NCBI GenBank assembly: GCA_019056785.1
Contig: DXJV01000062.1
Coordinates: forward strand, 9,441 to 73,440
DNA: 64,000 nt
Source of the DNA: Candidatus Heimdallarchaeota archaeon
Lineage (GTDB): Archaea; Asgardarchaeota; Heimdallarchaeia; JABLTI01
Direction: 5' to 3'
The translations under genes were made by a program, and so were the position numbers. Positions 20,074 to 28,606 of this stretch are shown here, one piece after another (the stretch's first letter is position 1; each line of letters opens with the position of its first letter). The notes below the pieces were generated by a model, which searched no databases, was not told the DNA's origin, and saw only the letters and a list, made by a program, of their open reading frames with translations.

Positions 20074-23000
20074 TTACTTTTGACAATGTTTTTTAATTTT
20101 TGCTAATGGAACCGTTGCAAGTGAAAAGAGAGCGATAATTGTTATAAATAGTGGCAAGCTCGTTGGGACAGTTAGGCTATTCGATGATCCAATAATGGCA
20201 AATGTAGATTCCGAAATATCGGTAATCGGGTCAAGCTCAACACCAAGATATGTGGCAGTTAAAGTTATTCGAACTCGGTAATTTGGTCCTGTTGGTAATC
20301 CGGTTGTGTTCCATTCATAAGAAGTTCCTGTTAAGCCTGAATCAATTGTTATCCATTCAGAATTATTAACTGAATATTCAAGTTTAATCTGATAAATAAT
20401 CGCTGGGTCGCCTAGATGCAAATTCCAACTTATTAAACAGCTTGTAGTGATAATTTCTCCACCATTTGGATTTATAAGGTTTAGAGTCATTGAAGGGCGG
20501 TTATCTATCGTAAAAATGCCTGATATTGCTTCAACAGTTTCTGCAAGAGCATTCTGGGCAACTATTTTCAAACTAGTATTCGCTGAATAAACTATGCTAT
20601 TATTAGTTATCCAATCGAAGGTTAATTCATCTGGGCCTATTGTTTCATCAATCAGTATCCAAGTCGGTGTATCAGTAGTCGTGGAATAGTAAATACTGAA
20701 ACCGGTTATATAGTTATCAGGATCTTCGATTGACCAACTAATTGAGACAATTCCTTGGTAGGTGAAACTCGCCTGTGGGGCTAAAAGTGTCACTTCTGGG
20801 ATGTCGATATTATCGATTTTGAAGTTAAAGTTTGATTCGTCGCTAACAGTAGAACCATAACCATCATCTGCATAAATTATAACTCTAACTGTGTCTGAAT
20901 CTGCAATTTGACTTATGTCCCAAAGATAGGATGTATTGGTCAATCCAGAAACAATTTCGGTCCAACTACCTCCACTAGTTTGATACCCTATACTATATGT
21001 TAGTAAATCATCATCAGGATCAGCGCCAGACCATTCAATAAGGATCGATTCGTTATACGTTTCACCCCCGTTTGGTGAGAGGAGCGTCACTTCACAAGGA
21101 CGATTAATGACGGTATATCTGAAATAATTATTATCCATGTCTAATACTGTTTTCGAATTACCATTTGAATCTTGAGTGAAGATGTACCAAAGAATTTCTG
21201 TCCCGTGTTCGTGGCTGAAGATGTTTGCATACCAAACGTTGGGGTTGTTTATCCGTTCTTGCATTATAATTGTATTCCAATAATTGCCCCCATCTGCTGA
21301 ATAAATCAGTAAAGCTGTATCTATGTCCGCCTCATCTGTAATAGTTAATTCAACAAGAGGTGTATCGCCTTCAGAAGGACTGTAACTGTCTCCATCGGTA
21401 TTGTATGTTATTACCGGATACGATGTTTCAGGTGAGATAACATCCCTTGTATTGTGTTCCCAAGGATTCGAGCTTTTCGATTGTAAAAGCGGGTTCTCAG
21501 TAGGGGTGTTTCTAAAGATGGGTACCCCAAAGCGTTTGTCAACTCCAACATCATAGTGGAAGTAATCCTCTTCATCATCATCCTGAATGTGAAAGAGCGT
21601 TTTAATGGAATTTGTCTCTTCATGATCATAATCATATTTAAAGGTAAAATGTCCCGTTACTTTTGTACCGGTTCCACCTATTTTTACTGCCGTTGAATGG
21701 CTGATAGTGAACTCAAAGTTGATTCCCCATTCATAGCTGTTTGACTCTTCGTGAGTTACTTCTCGGTAACCCGTCCCACCTTCTAGAATGGAATTGCTTT
21801 CTTGCCAAGAAATAATATCTGGATCGTTATACAAGTCAGTGTTGATGTTGGGATTTTGATTCAGCCAAGATGGAGGTGCGTTTTCGCGTGAAACAAGCGC
21901 ATGATCTGAGTAGTCAATCCCATATCGAATATATGGGTTGGTATATTCTGTCACACCATTAGCATAGGTTGTCTTTGTAGCACAAACCTCCCAAAGAAGA
22001 ATTTGGAATTCCCCATAATAGATGTCACCATAGCCTGGACCAACGAGTTCTCGATTTTCATCGTTTATCGAAGAAGTTAATTCTTCTATATCGGTAAAAA
22101 CATTTTCCCAGGCAAAGTCCGGACCGCCATTAAGATCAATTGTTGTTTTTGTTGTTGACTCGGAATTAAAAAGTTCAACACCTATTTGTCCTTCAATTTG
22201 AACTCCAATATTAAATTCGATAGAGTTTTTAATTCGCACTTTGGTTTCTGATGTCCACGAACTAAAGCTTTGATCCCCTGGTGGGTCATATAGTATGAGC
22301 ATGAGTTTACTTCCTAACTCTTTTTGTCCTTCTTCTAAAAGTTCTGATTCAATAGTAATTATTTTTGAGAAATTGAAAGTACGAGTGACAGTCTTGACAA
22401 CAGACCCTCCAACATAGCCACGTAAATCTGCTCTGACTAGTCCTTGTAACTCGTTCATATGTTCACCTATATCAACTGTTTTGCTGATGGAAGTTCCTTC
22501 ATCTGTGTAGTCACCGCCAAACTGAGTGGTGGGTATTGAACCTGTAGGACCAATATACAATCGTACATAATCAAAATTTGAAGCAGAATAAGTAAAACTA
22601 AATGAATTGCTTGAAGGTTGGAAAGTAATCAAAGCATTATTTTCTGGTGAAATCCATCCAAGTTCCGGAGGTGCCGTATATTTTGTGAAAACTGGTACAA
22701 ATGAATAGCTAACAGTTCCAAGTCCATCACAGCTTACTCGAATATAATACCACCCGTCCTCTGTACAGGATACTGAGCCACTTACAAGTCCCATACCTCC
22801 AAAACTGTCAATTTTATCATAATTGGGATCATAGATCTCTAGACAGAAAGTCTCCATTTCAGTTCCACCAGAACCGGTTACACTTATAGTTGTTCCGCCT
22901 TTGCAGCTTAGCTTATAATAATCCCATATGTCTGCACCATATTGCCAGCGAACATGTCCTGAAATAGTTATTCCTGAGTCAGAAATTTCATTTGCTTGTT

Positions 23001-23145
23001 CAAAGCTATTATTTGGTTCTGTATCCGCAAGAACTAATGCTATTTCAATATTCATTGCCAAAATAATTATTGAACTCATAAAAAGTCCAACAACTAATAA
23101 TGGATAATTCATTTTTTTAGTTTTTTTTGACATAAAATCCCTCAA
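20074..23145 (-). CDS. Large surface protein: PPC-like N-domain, unknown beta-rich core, Ig-like repeats, C-terminal TM
   Basis: 'DTEPNNSFEQA...D.WDYYK' PPC-like start; 'YDPPGDQSFSS' core; three '(S/N)PNGGE'-type Ig repeats; TM + KIKK. Confidence 0.75.
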   Translation of the reverse strand: MRDFMSKKTKKMNYPLLVVGLFMSSIIILAMNIEIALVLADTEPNNSFEQANEISDSGITISGHVRWQYGADIWDYYKLSCKGGTTISVTGSGGTEMETFCLEIYDPNYDKIDSFGGMGLVSGSVSCTEDGWYYIRVSCDGLGTVSYSFVPVFTKYTAPPELGWISPENNALITFQPSSNSFSFTYSASNFDYVRLYIGPTGSIPTTQFGGDYTDEGTSISKTVDIGEHMNELQGLVRADLRGYVGGSVVKTVTRTFNFSKIITIESELLEEGQKELGSKLMLILYDPPGDQSFSSWTSETKVRIKNSIEFNIGVQIEGQIGVELFNSESTTKTTIDLNGGPDFAWENVFTDIEELTSSINDENRELVGPGYGDIYYGEFQILLWEVCATKTTYANGVTEYTNPYIRYGIDYSDHALVSRENAPPSWLNQNPNINTDLYNDPDIISWQESNSILEGGTGYREVTHEESNSYEWGINFEFTISHSTAVKIGGTGTKVTGHFTFKYDYDHEETNSIKTLFHIQDDDEEDYFHYDVGVDKRFGVPIFRNTPTENPLLQSKSSNPWEHNTRDVISPETSYPVITYNTDGDSYSPSEGDTPLVELTITDEADIDTALLIYSADGGNYWNTIIMQERINNPNVWYANIFSHEHGTEILWYIFTQDSNGNSKTVLDMDNNYFRYTVINRPCEVTLLSPNGGETYNESILIEWSGADPDDDLLTYSIGYQTSGGSWTEIVSGLTNTSYLWDISQIADSDTVRVIIYADDGYGSTVSDESNFNFKIDNIDIPEVTLLAPQASFTYQGIVSISWSIEDPDNYITGFSIYYSTTTDTPTWILIDETIGPDELTFDWITNNSIVYSANTSLKIVAQNALAETVEAISGIFTIDNRPSMTLNLINPNGGEIITTSCLISWNLHLGDPAIIYQIKLEYSVNNSEWITIDSGLTGTSYEWNTTGLPTGPNYRVRITLTATYLGVELDPITDISESTFAIIGSSNSLTVPTSLPLFITIIALFSLATVPLAKIKKHCQK

Positions 23146-23511
23146 AATTACTGATAAGGAAATTGGTTAAATAGCTATATAAAATCTTTTATTTTTTTTT
23201 AATCTTGATTGATAATAAAATTAGAGTTGTTTATTTTAATATACTCATAATTGGATTTTTTTAAAGTAGAATAGTTACATTAATGCCCCTATAGCATATA
23301 CCTCCATCGATTTTTTCGCGTTTTATAAAATCAGCGACGTTGTTCTTGTTTCTACTTAAAATAATAACATAAATACTTTGCAACTTTTGATTCTTTTGTT
23401 TGTCGTTCTTTTATCATAATATCCGTTTGTACTTTTCTTGACAAAATAGATATTGTGGCAAATAAATTGAAGCTTTTCCCTTGTCCCCCACTTTTTAAGC
23501 TCCCTTTTCCC

Positions 23512-23868
23512 TTATTCAGAACGTTGTTCCATGATTAATCTTTTCCCTTCTGTTAATACTGAGAGCATTTTTGCCCGTCCTGAATCTAGGAGCCGCCAGA
23601 TGGTTCCTCTCGAGACATTCATTAGCTCTCCGGCTTCAGCTTGATTTAACCCTTCTTGGTCTACTAATCTCATTGCTTCATATTCTGCGATTGTTAATAC
23701 CACCGTTTCCTCGCTCAACAATGGTTCTGGCGTGATTTCTTTTACCTCTGGAAAATCTTCCACCAAGACTTCTTTTGGTGGTCTTCCTCTTTGCCGGCAC
23801 TCCTCATCAATCTCTTCATACCTCCTCCAGCCTATTTTTCTCCCCATCCGTCGTCGATAATTTCTCAT
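23512..23868 (-). CDS. DUF134 (UPF0251) HTH protein, copy 2
   Basis: Same motif as copy 1; start placed at MRNY (23868) by comparison with copy 1 MRDY. Confidence 0.9.
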   Translation of the reverse strand: MRNYRRRMGRKIGWRRYEEIDEECRQRGRPPKEVLVEDFPEVKEITPEPLLSEETVVLTIAEYEAMRLVDQEGLNQAEAGELMNVSRGTIWRLLDSGRAKMLSVLTEGKRLIMEQRSE

Positions 23869-23922
23869 TGTCTTCTCCTCTACTGTTTTTCTATCTTCTT
23901 CTTTCCTTTTTTCCTTTTTATT

Positions 23923-23946
23923 ATTTTTGTTCATATGCACAAAAAT
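23923..23946. promoter_or_regulatory. Palindromic operator between DUF134 copy 2 and the divergent NifX operon
   Basis: ATTTTTGTTCATATGCACAAAAAT, one mismatch; abuts TTTATAAG (23948-23955). Confidence 0.7.
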
Positions 23947-24009
23947 GTTTATAAGTTAGGAATACCTAACTTGGTACTTGAGTATAAAAAAATTAAAGGT
24001 GATAAAAAA

Positions 24010-24360
24010 ATGCGATATGGTCAAAATCGGAATAATAATTCCAATAATCGTGGACGGCATCGCCGAATCTATGAGTTAACTGGCGTTCCTGGTTGGGTGC
24101 GTTTTGGCTCTTCCCCGGGTTTTGCGGGTGGAGGGGCTGGAAGAGGGCCTTGCGCTGACTATTTAGAACGGACAGGGCAATTAGATGATTTTCTTAGAGA
24201 CATTTCCAAAAACAATCCGAATTATGATGTTTGGACGAATGCAATAGAAAACACTTCAAAAAGCAATTCTGCTGTTGGAAAAGATCAACTCTTGCGAAGG
24301 ATCAAAGATCTTGAAGAGGAACTGAAATACTTGAAGAAGGAATTGAAAAACAATTATTGA
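24010..24360 (+). CDS. DUF5320-like protein
   Basis: 'RGRHRRIYELTGVPGWVRFG' plus C-terminal coiled coil; ATG at 24010 after AGGTGA. Confidence 0.65.
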   Translation: MRYGQNRNNNSNNRGRHRRIYELTGVPGWVRFGSSPGFAGGGAGRGPCADYLERTGQLDDFLRDISKNNPNYDVWTNAIENTSKSNSAVGKDQLLRRIKDLEEELKYLKKELKNNY

Positions 24361-24397
24361 AATGAAGATTAGAATTGAATAAATGAGAGGAATTACA

Positions 24398-24865
24398 ATG
24401 AAAGTAGCAGTTACGTCTGTTAGCGATTCACTGGATAGTGCTGTTGACGCTCGTTTTGGTCGCTGCAATCGTTTTCTTATTATTAATTTAAATGATATGT
24501 CGTTTGATGTCCTACAAAATCAAGCACAATATGAAGGGCATGGTGCAGGTATTAGTGCTGCTCAAGCAATTATTAATCAAGGTGTTGGTGCTGTTATTGC
24601 CGGAAGTTTCGGACCGAACGCTTTCCGAATCTTTGACTCGGCAAATATTCCGATGTATACATTTAGTGGTAGAGTTTCGGATGCGATTTATAAATTAAAG
24701 AACAATCAGTTACGACCCATTAACAGTCCCACTGATGGTAGTCATTCTGGACTAACCAGTAGCTATGGTGTTGGCCGAGGGGCTGGTAGAGGTGCGGGTC
24801 GCGGTGCTGGTCGCGGCGGCCGTGGAGCTGGGCAAGGAATGGGTGGCGGAAGAAGGCGTTTCTAA
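24398..24865 (+). CDS. NifB/NifX family (COG1433) protein with Gly/Arg-rich tail
   Basis: 'MKVAV...VDARFGRC...GAGISAAQ...G.FGPNA'. Confidence 0.9.
   Translation: MKVAVTSVSDSLDSAVDARFGRCNRFLIINLNDMSFDVLQNQAQYEGHGAGISAAQAIINQGVGAVIAGSFGPNAFRIFDSANIPMYTFSGRVSDAIYKLKNNQLRPINSPTDGSHSGLTSSYGVGRGAGRGAGRGAGRGGRGAGQGMGGGRRRF
24773..24832 (+). repeat. Degenerate 12-bp tandem repeat encoding (GRGA)n
   Basis: ggccgaggggct ggtagaggtgcg ggtcgcggtgct ggtcgcggcggc. Confidence 0.7.
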
Positions 24866-24875
24866 GGTGACTACC

Positions 24876-25259
24876 ATGAAAATCGCTTTTCCTGTACTTG
24901 CAAAAAATGATTTAGATAGTCCTTTGGGCGATCACTTTGGTCGTTCTCCTTTTTTCACAATCTATGACACTGAAACAAAAACCGTAGTTACTATTGACAA
25001 CGCAGCGGAGCATTTTGGTGGCGTTCAATCAACACCGGCCTTTTTGAAAGAACATGGTGTTAATGTCCTAGTTTGCAAAGCTCTTGGTACTAAAGCAATT
25101 GTCTTATTTGATCAATTTGGTATTGGTGTTTTTCTCACACGAAGTCTTGTCGTTCGAGAAGCACTTGAGGGCTACAGTAAAAACGAATTGAAGCAAGCCA
25201 CTCGAACTGATGGCTGTTCAGGCAATGATGAACATCACCATCACGATCATTTCCAGTAG
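24876..25259 (+). CDS. NifB/NifX family protein with His-rich tail
   Basis: 'MKIAFP...HFGRSPFF'; ends CSGNDEHHHHDHFQ. Confidence 0.9.
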   Translation: MKIAFPVLAKNDLDSPLGDHFGRSPFFTIYDTETKTVVTIDNAAEHFGGVQSTPAFLKEHGVNVLVCKALGTKAIVLFDQFGIGVFLTRSLVVREALEGYSKNELKQATRTDGCSGNDEHHHHDHFQ

Positions 25260-25322
25260 CGTGAACTGGAAATGAAGAGTACTATGACGATTATCAGGGA
25301 CGATTAGCGAAGGCCATGAACA

Positions 25323-26174
25323 ATGAGAATAGCAGTTGCGAGCGGGAAAGGTGGTACAGGTAAAACCACCATTGCAGTTAATTTGGCTTTATCAATTCCC
25401 AATAGTCAATACATTGATTGCGATGTGGAAGAACCAAATGGTCATCTCTTTCTCAAACCGAAGATTGATGCCACTAAAAAAATTAAGGTGTTCTTACCAG
25501 AGATAGATGAACGACGTTGCCGGTTATGTGGTATTTGCGTTAATGCCTGCCAATTTAATGCCCTTGCAATTGCTGGAAATAAGTTACTTGTGTTTCCAGA
25601 ATTATGCCTGAGCTGTGAAGCCTGCAAAGAGGTGTGCCCTATGAGAGCGATTAGTCGCAAGGATAGTGAAATTGGTAAAGTGAATGTTGGCGCAACAATG
25701 GAGGGTAAAATTGCCTTTGCTGATGGTGAACTTTACATTGGAAAGACTCGTGCTGTGCCGGTTATTGAAGCTGTAAAGGAAGAAATCCTCGAGGAAAAAG
25801 TTGCCATTCTTGATGCTCCCCCTGGAAATTCTTGCCCTGTAATTGAAACAGTTGCAGAGAGTGATTATTGTATATTAGTTACCGAGCCAACTCCTTTTGG
25901 CTTTTGGGACCTAAAAATCGCCGTACAGGTGGTGCAAGATTTGGGGCTACCTTTTGGCATTATCATTAATCGTTCTGGCTTGGGCGATTTCGAGCCAGAG
26001 ATTGTAGACTTTTGTAAGAAGGAGAAGATCCCTATTTTACTGAAAATCCCCTTCGATAAGAGCATTGCTGAAGCTTACTCTCGAGGGCAAAATTTGGTCG
26101 AGTTTCGACCTGAATGGCGGACCGAGTTTAAACAATTATTCGAGACTATAAAGGAGCAGGTGAAAAATGGTTAA
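25323..26174 (+). CDS. MinD-superfamily P-loop ATPase with inserted 4Fe-4S dicluster (COG1149)
   Basis: SGKGGTGKT, DCDVEEPN, two CxxCxxCxxxC motifs, DAPPG..CP. Confidence 0.9.
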   Translation: MRIAVASGKGGTGKTTIAVNLALSIPNSQYIDCDVEEPNGHLFLKPKIDATKKIKVFLPEIDERRCRLCGICVNACQFNALAIAGNKLLVFPELCLSCEACKEVCPMRAISRKDSEIGKVNVGATMEGKIAFADGELYIGKTRAVPVIEAVKEEILEEKVAILDAPPGNSCPVIETVAESDYCILVTEPTPFGFWDLKIAVQVVQDLGLPFGIIINRSGLGDFEPEIVDFCKKEKIPILLKIPFDKSIAEAYSRGQNLVEFRPEWRTEFKQLFETIKEQVKNG

Positions 26175-27075
26175 ACAATTAACAATTATAAGTGGTAAAG
26201 GTGGGACCGGTAAAACGACTATTTCGGCGGCTTTTGCCTATCTTGCTAAAGGACGGGCCGTATTAGCAGATGCAGATGTTGATGCACCGGATTTGCACCT
26301 GATCATGCAACCTACAGTTGAAAAAGAAGAGGAATTATATATTTCGCAAAAAGCTGTCCGAAATGAAGACCTCTGTACTCGTTGTAATATTTGCCAACAG
26401 GTCTGCCGCTTTGATGCGATTAGTGCGTATGACTTTAGTTATTACAAATGTGAAGGGTGTGGTTTGTGTGTATATGCTTGCCCGGAGCGAGCTCTCACAC
26501 TTGAAAAAGTTCTATCGGCAAAAGCTTTCCAATCAACCACTCGCTTCGGCCCCTTTGTCCATGCAGAAATGACTATTGGTGAAGGAAGTTCAGGTCGCAT
26601 TGTCGATGAAATTCGTAAACAAGCACGTGAGGTGGCTGAAAAAGAGGAGAAGGAGCTTATAGTAATTGATGGCTCTCCTGGCATTGGCTGCCCAGTGATC
26701 GCCTCTCTTACAGGCGTTGATTTGGCACTTATTGTTGTTGAACCCACTCTAAGTGGGATTCATGATTTGGAACGAGTTTTGGCTGTTGCTCAGCATTTCA
26801 ACACCAAGGCAATGGTTTGTATAAATAAATATGATTTGAACCTTGAAAACAGCAATCAAATAGAACAATTTTGCAAGGAGAATAATATTCCTCTTGCAGG
26901 TAAAATCCCGTTCAATGAGATTGTACCAAATAGTATTATTGCTGGTAAAAGCATTTTCGAAATGCCGCCGAATCCCATCGCTGATGAGCTTGTAACCATA
27001 TGGGGAAAAATCGTTGCGCTTCTCGAACTCGAGAAAGAAACCACTGCCACAAAAACTCAATATTCCGTACGTTGA
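26167..27075 (+). CDS. MinD-superfamily P-loop ATPase with inserted 4Fe-4S dicluster (COG1149), second subunit
   Basis: SGKGGTGKT, DADVDAPDLHL, ferredoxin insert, DGSPGIGCPV. Confidence 0.9.
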   Translation: MVKQLTIISGKGGTGKTTISAAFAYLAKGRAVLADADVDAPDLHLIMQPTVEKEEELYISQKAVRNEDLCTRCNICQQVCRFDAISAYDFSYYKCEGCGLCVYACPERALTLEKVLSAKAFQSTTRFGPFVHAEMTIGEGSSGRIVDEIRKQAREVAEKEEKELIVIDGSPGIGCPVIASLTGVDLALIVVEPTLSGIHDLERVLAVAQHFNTKAMVCINKYDLNLENSNQIEQFCKENNIPLAGKIPFNEIVPNSIIAGKSIFEMPPNPIADELVTIWGKIVALLELEKETTATKTQYSVR

Positions 27076-27118
27076 GGGGGTTTGTTATTAGTTTACTATT
27101 TTCTAATAGCAACCCCCC
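27076..27118 (+). terminator. Stem-loop at the 3' end of the NifX/ATPase operon
   Basis: GGGGGTTTGTTATTAG-N11-CTAATAGCAACCCCCC; 16-bp stem with one mismatch and one GU pair. Confidence 0.55.
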
Positions 27119-27287
27119 TATATTTCTCCAACCAACTCTTTTTAGCCCTTTTTTTGGGCTTTTTTATAAAGACACGGTATTTGTTTTTTTATAAAATAGT
27201 TAATTGTGAGAGAATGTTTGTTTGGTAAGCAACAAGAAACTACGATTAATAGAAAGTTAAAAAAGTATTTGTGCTTATTTACATTTC

Positions 27288-28457
27288 ATGAAATTATCTC
27301 AACGGCAACCAATCTTTACTATTATTATTCTAACAGCCATTCTCTTCTTTAGTATATATGCTACTCTCCCGGAAACAGTAATTGTTAATGGCTCACCTGA
27401 TTATTGGCCAACTAACGGCTGGATGACAAAACCGCCGGCGGAAGTAAATATCTCCTCGAGTAAATTGGCTGATATGGATGCCTATATTAATGAGAGTTCC
27501 ATTCTTTTAAAGTCGCTTTTAATTATCCGTCACGATTATCTGGTGTATGAACGTTATTTTCTTGACAATAATGAAAGTTCTCTTCAGGAAATTTACTCGA
27601 TAACTAAAAGTTTTACCTCTGCCCTTATTGGTATTGCTGTTGGTGAGGGGTACCTAAATGTCAGCCAAAAAATGCTCGATTTCTTTCCAAATCGAACTAT
27701 TGCCAATCTGGACGCCCGGAAAGAAAATATAACGATTGAGCACCTTTTAACCATGACTTCAGGCTTGAAGTGGAATGAAGTGTTTAATGATATTCCATTT
27801 GCCCAAAGTGATGACCCTCTTCAATACGTTCTCGATCTTCCGATGGCACATGAACCTGGAACCGTTTTCAATTATAATAGTGGTGCAGTACATATTCTTA
27901 CGGCTATTCTTCAGAATGTTACCGGAAAAACCGCTCTCGAATATGCAGAAGAGAAGATCTTTCAGCCTTTAGGTTTTCAAGACTATAATTGGATGATGGA
28001 CCCACAAGGAATTTATTTTGGCGGTTTTGGTTTAAAGCTTCTCCCTCGTGACTTGGCGAAATTTGGCTTTCTCTATCTTAATAATGGCACGTGGGAAGAA
28101 CAACAGATTATTCCTGCAGCTTGGGTGGCAAATTCTACCACTAAAAAAGTCACTGTAAGTTGCTCTATTAATTACGGCTATCTCTGGTGGCTCTATCCGA
28201 AGCTCAACTATTATGTTGCCTCCGGTTTAAACGGACAAGAGATTTTTGTCTACCCAAAATATAATTTGATTGTCGTTACTACTGCTTGGCAACTCGAGGG
28301 AGCAATTTTTAATTTATATGAGAATTATATTCTTCCAAGTTTGTATGACTTTCCATATACTCCAACGTCTTCGGCTGTCCTTTTTATCGCGGCACTTACT
28401 TTTCCTCTTCTCTTTGTTTCTCTAGGAAAGAAATACTTTTTTCGAAAGAAAAAATAA
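27288..28457 (+). CDS. Serine hydrolase, class C beta-lactamase family, membrane anchored
   Basis: SITK (SxxK), FNYNS, LLTMTSGL, YGYLWW; signal peptide; C-terminal TM. Confidence 0.9.
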   Translation: MKLSQRQPIFTIIILTAILFFSIYATLPETVIVNGSPDYWPTNGWMTKPPAEVNISSSKLADMDAYINESSILLKSLLIIRHDYLVYERYFLDNNESSLQEIYSITKSFTSALIGIAVGEGYLNVSQKMLDFFPNRTIANLDARKENITIEHLLTMTSGLKWNEVFNDIPFAQSDDPLQYVLDLPMAHEPGTVFNYNSGAVHILTAILQNVTGKTALEYAEEKIFQPLGFQDYNWMMDPQGIYFGGFGLKLLPRDLAKFGFLYLNNGTWEEQQIIPAAWVANSTTKKVTVSCSINYGYLWWLYPKLNYYVASGLNGQEIFVYPKYNLIVVTTAWQLEGAIFNLYENYILPSLYDFPYTPTSSAVLFIAALTFPLLFVSLGKKYFFRKKK

Positions 28458-28606
28458 GTGCTAATTTCCTTTCCTTTTCTTTTTTTATAATTTCCCTAAA
28501 GTTTCTTAGAAATGATTAATTTAGAACCGTTTAAATAGCTAATAGCGATAAGATATTTTCAGAAACCAAATTAGTTATTAATTTAAAATTTGGAGAGTAG
28601 AGTTGA

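Noticed and set aside
23791-24009. N-terminal extensions of ORFs 23791..24360 and 23512..23940
   Set aside because: They run through the divergent promoter and operator; the better starts are 24010 and 23868.
24765-24875. N-terminal extension of the second NifX ORF
   Set aside because: It overlaps the Gly/Arg tail of the upstream gene; family homology starts at ATG 24876, after AGGTGA.
24383-27075. Nitrogen fixation genes
   Set aside because: Only NifX-like and COG1149 families are present; no nifHDK.
27288-28457. Antibiotic-resistance beta-lactamase
   Set aside because: Motifs fit the broad class C-like serine hydrolase/amidase family; specificity cannot be inferred from sequence.
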